From Eledone cirrhosa (lineage: Eukaryota), in NCBI GenBank assembly GCA_964016885.1, contig OZ024742.1, positions 243,350,001 through 243,414,000 of the forward strand: a DNA stretch of 64,000 nucleotides, read 5' to 3'. The position numbers were made by a program, and so were the translations under genes. The notes under the pieces were generated by a model. The model was given only the letters and a program-made list of their open reading frames with translations. It did not search any database and had not been told where the DNA came from. This document shows, in pieces, positions 56,196 to 64,000 of the stretch. Each line of letters begins with the position of its first letter. Positions within the stretch are counted from its first letter, which is position 1.

Positions 56196-56491
56196 ATCAA
56201 GTTGTGCACTAAGCAGCCGAAGTATACGATAAAGTTATATCTGTATATATACAGTATAGACGTAACTGAGACTGCGAAAATGTGTATATAAATTTATACA
56301 TTTTTAGAATGCTCTATTACTTAGAGTAGTATGTATATAAATATATATATATAAATAAATATAAAGCAGCCGAAGTATACGATAAAGTTATATCTGTATA
56401 TATAGAGTATAGACGTAACTGAGACTGCGAAAATGTGTATATGAATTTATACATTTTTAGAAAGCTTAGGCTGCTTAGCGCACAACTTAAT
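56196..56491. mobile_element. MITE with about 23-bp TIRs and an internal ~100-bp direct duplication
   Basis: ATCAAGTTGTGCACTAAGCAGCC / GGCTGCTTAGCGCACAACTTAAT; 56211-56309 repeats at 56363-56461. Confidence 0.65.
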
Positions 56492-56681
56492 ATATGTGGG
56501 GGTGAAGAAGCATGCAATGTTATAGTTGTAGAGTTAGTGTGAATGAATGTTCATAAGTATATATTTATTTTCGAATGTCATAGCCTCTCTTCCCCCTCTC
56601 TCTATCTCTATATCTATCAGTATCTAACTATCTCTATCTTTATCTAGATATCTCTACCTATCTATTTCTCTCTCTCTCTCA

Positions 56682-56769
<88 letters not shown>

Positions 56770-56817
56770 ATCTATCCATCTATCGTCCTATACAAACATG
56801 TATGTGTGTTTATACAT

Positions 56818-56882
<65 letters not shown>

Positions 56883-57354
56883 CTAGCTAAGTACTCACAC
56901 TTACTTGTTCCTACTTATATTCACACACAATTGTCCATACACAAGCCAAAAGTTGGCATGATTTTTAATAGCTACGCGTATGTACTCAAAGGTATCTTTT
57001 GAATGTCAACACGTATGTAGTCTAATTAATCTTCAGTGTTAAATCAAATTGTTTTGTCCATAAATTTAAAAAATAAAAGTTGAGCTACCTTTTCCCTATA
57101 AAAAGTTTGATTTTTTTTTTATATAATTTAGCTCAAACCATGTCTTTTGGCATGTATGTCTCTTGTCTTAAAAGACTTTCGCCTTACATATTCTAATACA
57201 TTCTCAACAAGAGATCGACACTGAACTGTAACAAATATAACAATTAGTGATGAATTTACTATAATTAAATTACTCTTACATTATAAAATAATAATGAAAA
57301 TTATCGTGTGCAGTGCTTAGGTGCACTACAACTCATCATTGGTGCATGTATAGT

Positions 57355-57522
57355 CTAACAAAAAGTCTAAAGTCTGTCTTAAGCCAGAAGGCTCATTTGG
57401 CCGGTGCTTATCCCGGTTTCATGGCGTGAAGCGACTGTGAGTACAAGACTCCCCCCTTGACAGGACGCCAGTCCATCACAGGGTTAAACCTCCAGCTATT
57501 GCTGGTACTCATTTTCAGCTGA
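57355..57522 (-). mobile_element. Truncated SINE of another family with 13-bp TSD
   Basis: Minus: CAGCTGAAAATGAGTACC...GATGGACTGGCGTCCTGTC; TSD GTGCATGTATAGT. Confidence 0.65.
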
Positions 57523-57544
57523 GTGCATGTATAGTACATGAAGT

Positions 57545-58117
57545 AATTGTTTCTACTTTTGGCACAAGGCCATCAATTACCACAGTGCATTACTGGTACT
57601 TTATTTTATCGATCCCATGAGGATGAAAGGCAAAGTTAACCTTGGCGGAATTTTAACTCAGAACGTAAAGGGCCATAACTCTATGCCGTAAAGCATGGTG
57701 TCTGACGCTCTACCGATACTGCCAATCCACCACCATAGTGCATAGAATAATTGTTTCTACTTTTGGCACAAGGCCAGCAATTACCCCAGTGCATTACTGG
57801 TACTTTATTTTATCGACCCCGTAAGGATGAAAGGCAAAGTTAACCTCGGCGGGATTTGAAATCAGAACGTAAAGTACATAGAATAATGTACAAATGTCAG
57901 GAAAGTGAGCAGTGTATGAGTCAGGATATACATACATATGTATTTTTATTTGTTTATTATTTTCTTTGATATGAGTTCAAATCTTACCGGAATCAACTTT
58001 GCTTTTCTACCTTCTGGGGTCGATAAAATAAAATACCAAGTAAAGTACTGCAGTCGATTTAATCTAGTTCATCCCATCTTCAAATTGCTGGCCTTGTATC
58101 TAAATTAGAAACTATTA
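57545..58117. mobile_element. SINE family A copies (two -, one +)
   Basis: Family A motifs at 57545-57735, 57747-57873 and 57970-58117. Confidence 0.85.
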
Positions 58118-58518
58118 TTTTCTGTCAGTAGTTTTCTTCATTACATAATTCTTTCTGAACATTGAAATTAGCATAACTTAAAAGTTTTCATAACTTGTAC
58201 TAATAATTTATTCTCTTAAAATGATGCTATAAATATCATTTTAATCTATGGCTTCCGGTCTTTATCTCTGTTCAATTTTTATTATTGGTGTACTATAAAC
58301 AAACATTAAGCAGTTTGTTTATTTATAAAGGCCACATCAGTAGACGCCAGCAAATCTTATTTAAATTCTCTCTTAGCGTTAGGGTTGGGGTTAGGATTTA
58401 ACCTGTCGTTAAATACAGACGCATGCACGCACATACATACATACATACATACATACATACATACATACATACATACATACATACATACATACATACATAC
58501 ATACATACATACATACAT

Positions 58519-58830
58519 AGTTAGGAAATTACAAGTACGATCCATTAATGGAACAGTAAAAATATGTAAAACATTCCAAAAATTCTGCATCTAATAACTG
58601 CATATACACTTGTACAGATACAAAGCATATACACATGCAAACATACAACTCAAAACATACATATCCACACATACAATAACATCCATATCTACACATGCAT
58701 GCATGCAAACATGCATACATATCTACCTAGTTGATGTTGTGTAAATTCCAATGAAAGAGTCTTGTATCTATATTAGAAACCGACTCTCTCTCTATTGGCA
58801 AAAATTTGTGAAATTATAAAACCAGAAGAA
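58519..58830 (+). mobile_element. R4/Dong-like 3' end flanked by (CATA)n
   Basis: VRKLQVRSINGTVKICKTF plus shared 3' UTR. Confidence 0.8.
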
Positions 58831-58977
58831 CATACATACATACATACATACATACATACATACATACATACATACATACATACATACATACATACATACA
58901 TAATATGAAAGAGTACTGGTGGAATGTTCCAGTCAAAATATGTAGACTCACTCTTAGACGCGAGTCTACATGTGAAC

Positions 58978-59069
58978 ACATATCTGAGGAGCTTCCGATT
59001 CTAGAGTCAGGATCGATCATTAATTGATCGTTCCTCGAGCTGGTCGATAGTGAAACATATGTAATATGT
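58978..59069 (+). ncRNA. Type I hammerhead ribozyme with long stem II, in pLTR 58940-59212
   Basis: ACATAT-CTGAGGA-GCT..~55 nt..AGT-GAAAC-ATAT-GTA-ATATGT. Confidence 0.75.
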
Positions 59070-59224
59070 AATTAGATATGTATATGATACAACACTGATT
59101 CTTTGTTTCCTTATATATTATCATAATTATTGATACTCTGCTCCCCATGAGCATCGAGTGCTCATCTTGCCATACCACCTACGGACGCAATTAATTTGCA
59201 CCTCTAATACCTATATATATATAA

Positions 59225-59344
<120 letters not shown>

Positions 59345-59545
59345 TACACTAATTCTATATCAGTTACCCGTTCTGCATACATATAATGTTTTGAAGTGAA
59401 AGTTCAATATTTTTTAACCTGTTTGAATATTTAGTCCAGAAGATTAAGTGAAGAAATATACATGATAAGTATATATGAATGTTTGTATGTATGAATTTTT
59501 ATATGCATGTATGTATATATGTTTGTATGTATGTATGTTTTTTGT

Positions 59546-60198
59546 TGAGCGAGGGAATCCTAGTCTTCATTAAGACATCTCTCTAGAAGAAGGTCACTCT
59601 GATATAAAACCTGCGATTTCGTTTGCATCCAATGATGTAGACTAATTCTACCTTTTAGGTAAAGGCACTCGATGTTCAGGGAGTGGGATTGACCCAGTGC
59701 AAAGCTTCAAGCACAGACACCGCTTGATATATGACATTTTTTAACGATGCATTGCATTGCTGGCCATAGGCAAGTCCGTAGCAGGACTAAAAAGACACGT
59801 CCGTGATGCTCATGCTTAAGTATCAAGCGATGACATTACTCGAAATTCGAGTTGCAGCTATTATGTATGTATGTATGTATGTATGTATGTGGGAGTGAAA
59901 GGCCTCCATTTGTTGTCATAACGCCTTTCTAAGAGAAGGAAACTCTGAAAAAATCCTGCGGCTTCGGAAGCATCCGATGATGTTGACCAGTTCTCCTTTT
60001 CAGGTAGTGTTTTCGATGCTCAGAGAGTGGGATTGGTCGAGTGCAAGGCCTTTCCCCACTTAAAAAACCTTCAAAGCACAGGCATTGCTTGTTCAGGATC
60101 TGTTACATGTTCGTGTGGCTGGCCGTAGCCTAAAAGTGCACCAGTTTCTGTAATCTGACAAGCGATTGCAATACTCTTAGCAGAGTTTGCAGCCATCA
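59546..60198 (+). mobile_element. Two tandem RTE-like non-autonomous elements, each with a (TATG)n tail
   Basis: 59546-59861 (divergent) and 59891-60198 (close to 38230-38541). Confidence 0.7.
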
Positions 60199-61156
60199 TG
60201 TATGTATGTATGTATGTATGTATGTAATGTTTTGTTTGTGTAAAGTCCAGTATTAAACCATTCTTGTAGAAACTACCAGACTTACAAGAGGGAAGAATGT
60301 AATTCTATTTTATTTTGTTATATTTATTTATGCTTCTCGTAAATATTAGATAGGTGAACATGCACATTCTCAGGAGTGTGAGTGTAATGGCGGTGTTAGG
60401 GGAAGAGGAGAAATTCCGATTATTTCTAGCCCATTACAGACATTATTTAATCTATATCATTATGAAGTACAATGTTCGATTTTGATTGAAAATATCTCAG
60501 AACGTGATGTCTGATACACACTAGGTCAGAGTGACATCCTTTCCTACTATGTTCTTCAAATGCGTGATGAAGCATCGATTATCAGATTCGAACACAACTA
60601 CACACGTATGTATCCTCAAGAGAAGAGAAATATTAAGCTAAGAACAAACTTTTTTTATAAACATGAGATGTTTATGCACTTCATCTGTAAGCCTTTTGTG
60701 GGCATATATAATCAATACATTAACAGAAAATGTTGAAGAATGAGGTAAAGTTATCTCAACCTATGCTTCCAATGTATTGTCACCTCCTCCACTCCACCTC
60801 ATGCGTTTTATGCCCCAAGGAATAACATATTTCCCTAAACTCCTCTGTAAAACTTACTGGTTTATTCCCATTGTACTAAAACCTCTATAAAGGGGAATAT
60901 TAATATATGTATGCTGGAGAAGTCGAGTTGAAGGCTTGGGTTCAACACTAAGTTTGATTTCATTTATGGTTCTTGTAAAACTTTTGAAAAGCATGCATGT
61001 CACATCCCATTTCCCTATCTTTCATTAAACTACGACCTGCTAAAAGTCATCTTGATTTGTCTTTCTTGTGAACTGGGCAGAGCACGTAAACATAAAAGCA
61101 AACTTTTTTTGGTATGTTTGTTTCTATCAGTCTGGGAGAACCTACAATGGTCATAA

Positions 61157-61224
<68 letters not shown>

Positions 61225-61597
61225 ACATATATATATATATATATTTCTCTCTCACCATCTATCTATCTATCTATCTTTATCTCTCTCTCTCTTTCTCTCT
61301 CACCATCTCTCTATCTATCTCTTTCTATCTATCTCAATCTTATTCTCTATCTATCTCTACGTTTTTTTTCTTTCTTTCTCTCTCTCACTCTCTGTCTTAT
61401 GAAAAATAATATAAAAGTTAATGATTACTTAAAGGCAATACCAAGTCGGTCAAATGGTAGATTAAAAATACAAGATTTACCAAATAGCATTCGATTCTTT
61501 AGGAACATAACAGTAAATTTAACCACCTATTTAGCTAACTTCACATTTTCTAAACTTCTTAAGTTATCATTCTTCAGTTTCATTATTCGTCTCAATA

Positions 61598-61815
61598 GGG
61601 CGGTGGATTGGCAGTATCGGTAGAGGGTCAAACACCATGCTTTGCAACATAGAATTACGGACCTTTGTGATCTGAGTTCAAATCCCGCCGAGGTTAACTT
61701 TACCTTTCATCCTTACGGGGTCGATAAAATAAAATACCAGTCACGTACTGGGGTCGATTTAATCGACTTTCCCCTCCCCTAAAATTGTTGGCCTTGTGCC
61801 TATATAAGAAACCCT
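61598..61815 (+). mobile_element. Full-length SINE family A
   Basis: Head, B-box, core and tail present. Confidence 0.9.
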
Positions 61816-61835
61816 TATTTAGTCGTCTCAATCGC

Positions 61836-62118
61836 ATGCTTAGTGGTTTGGGCTTGCAATTATCAGATTGTTAGTTCGATTTCCGGACGGTGTGTTGTGT
61901 CCTTGAGCAAGACACTTTATTTCACGTTACTCCAGTTTACTCAGCTGTAAAAATGAGTTTCGACATCACTGGTGCCAAGTTGTATCAGCCTCTGCCTTTC
62001 CCTTGGACGACATACGGGGCATGCAGAGGGGAGGGGAAGTTGGTATGTAGGTCTTCCATAAAAAAAACTTTGCTCAAACTTTGTGCCTCTAGGTTCAAAA
62101 CCCATGGTCTTTCGTGAC
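61836..62118 (+). mobile_element. SINE family B, tail type 2
   Basis: Core CCTTGAGCAAGACACTTTATTTCACG. Confidence 0.8.
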
Positions 62119-62144
62119 ACTCACGATTTATGTATATATATATA

Positions 62145-62784
62145 TCTGTATATATACAAAATTAAGTATGTGTGTGTGTGTCTGTGTGTCTGTGTATTAC
62201 CTAAAGGGGCCTATATCATACGACCGATTTTCATGAAACTTTACAGGCTCATAGATTAGTCATCGGGGAGTGTTTTCTATATATCAGCGTTTCGTTTTTT
62301 TATTCCGGGGTCATTCTGCAGATAAAAATCAATAGGGGGGGGGGTACCTTTTGTAGGTATCGAAAAATAAGATTTCTGGCTCTAGCTCCCACATTAATCA
62401 ACCTACTTTGGTCAAATTTTACACTACGCTAGATCTGGTTATTTCACGTCTTAAAGTGGCTTTACATTTGGGATTTTTTTTCAGGAACGGCGTGGCAGCC
62501 GCTTAAATGTTCGAAAATACCACCTTTTCGCTCAAATTTCCGCCTTTTCGGCTCTAGCTCCCACATTTTTCAACCGATTTCGTTCAAATTCGAAACTCCC
62601 TCCCCCAGCATGCCCCTTCATCAGTCACCCGCGTTTCTCAGTGATAGAGGTCATCACCACCCTCCCCCGCATGGCCTGTGTGTGGCCATAGATGAGTCAT
62701 CGAGAAGCAGTCGCTAAGATGAACACCTTTTCATCAAAGCAGATATTATGTTACCTACCCAGGCAACGCTGGGTACTGCTGCTA

Positions 62785-62785
<1 letters not shown>
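62145..62785 (+). mobile_element. Non-autonomous Helitron
   Basis: A|TC start, CCGATTTTCATGAAACTT motif, CCCAGGCAACGCTGGG hairpin then CTAG|T. Confidence 0.85.
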
Positions 62786-62843
<58 letters not shown>

Positions 62844-63131
62844 AGTGAAATGACAGGAGGCCAAATATGTTGAATTTCATTAATTTTTTGTTTCTGCAAA
62901 CACTATGCACATGTCAGTGGCCAGGTTGCGTAAGAACGCAGTGACCTTATCAGGTTTAAATTGCGTAATAGATGTATACCAACGGAATGATGGTAAACCT
63001 TAAGGAAACAAGCAAAGAAAAATCAGAGAGGAAAAAGTGTGTATTATGTCTATGACTCAGAGACGGATGAAGTAGCATGCTGCCATATTGCTCCCCCATC
63101 TCTGAGTGTGTGTATATATATATATATATAT

Positions 63132-63353
63132 ATAGGAACCAGTAAGACCCCGACAGCTGAGCTCAAGCCGTTTCGACGGCTAATTCTGGACTAAATGAAA
63201 ATTTAAATTTTCATTTAGTCCAGAATTAGCCGTAGAAACGGCTTGAGCTCAGCTGTCGGGGTCTTACTGGTTCCTATTACGCACTCTACTACCTCAAGTA
63301 TTGAGTACTTTGGTGCGTTATGGTCCACCTGGTTCCTTACCACATTTCCTTCG

Positions 63354-63354
<1 letters not shown>
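63132..63354 (+). mobile_element. Fold-back pLTR (146-bp spacerless palindrome) with hammerhead 3' half
   Basis: Palindrome 63132-63277; GAAAC-GGCT..AGCT-GTC-GGGGTC. Confidence 0.7.
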
Positions 63355-63439
<85 letters not shown>

Positions 63440-63630
63440 TGAGGGTCACAGAAATATTTACTAAACAATATTTACTAAACATTTGGTTAAGTCACTGGAC
63501 ACTATGACTATTCTTTCGTGTTTTGTATCAATCACATATTACCTGATCTTGACCTTCAAGAACCGATGCGAGTCTTCTTGTTTTAGCCCCAATTTAATGC
63601 TGATTGAGCAGACCAATGTTCAAAAGTGTA

Positions 63631-63990
63631 AAGGCGCATTAGTTAGTTAGTGGTCGAGGTGTTTGGTTCACGATCGTAACATCGTGAGATCGATCTCCAG
63701 CGTGTTATGTTCTTCAGCAAAACACTTTATATTAAGTTGCTCCAATCCATTCAGTTGTCAAAAATGAATTGTACATGTAAATCCTGAGGCGAGTCTTATC
63801 ACACTTTATGTCATGCTGGATCTCCCTGAGAGCTAAGTTAAGGGTGTACGTGGAATGAATGCTCAGCCATTCGCACATAAATTTCACTGACAGGCTGCTC
63901 CACTGTCAGAACAACTGGGACATTTGTCATCAGAACAGGTAGAGTTCTAGCATACATATGCTCGCTCGCTCTGGTCGATCGACAAGTTCC
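63631..63990 (+). mobile_element. Diverged SINE family B-like element
   Basis: GGCGCAT..TAGTGG head, CAGCAAAACACTTTAT core. Confidence 0.55.
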
Positions 63991-64000
63991 CAGACCTCAT

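Noticed and set aside
58373-58401. TTAGGG-like telomeric repeats
   Set aside because: Only about four degenerate units
62900-62960. Minus-strand CTGATAA-GGTCA/TGGCC hairpin
   Set aside because: No GAAA follows; at most a dead remnant

Overview
AT-rich, microsatellite-saturated eukaryotic DNA with no recognisable host gene. The tRNA-derived SINEs and the repeat landscape suggest a cephalopod (Octopus-like) genome, which is inference. Nearly all long ORFs in the track are microsatellite read-through. Real coding content is retroelement-derived: two head-to-tail Tx1/L1-clade LINEs (one with an open 1144-aa APE-RT ORF2), plus fragments of RLE-type (R4/Dong-like, CRE-like), RTE, Penelope GIY-YIG and mariner elements. 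There are also three non-autonomous Helitrons and more than 30 SINE copies. The main hidden system is a set of short insertions in or next to (TA)n tracts, many of them fold-back palindromes, carrying type-I hammerhead ribozyme motifs from about 10 sequence-unrelated families (Penelope-like pseudo-LTRs). In several, the palindrome axis lies on a hairpin of the ribozyme itself, suggesting snap-back priming. Different retroelement classes occupy different microsatellites: (TA)n, (TAGA)n and (CATA)n. Ribozyme folds and repeat boundaries were read by eye; SINE and remnant coordinates are approximate.
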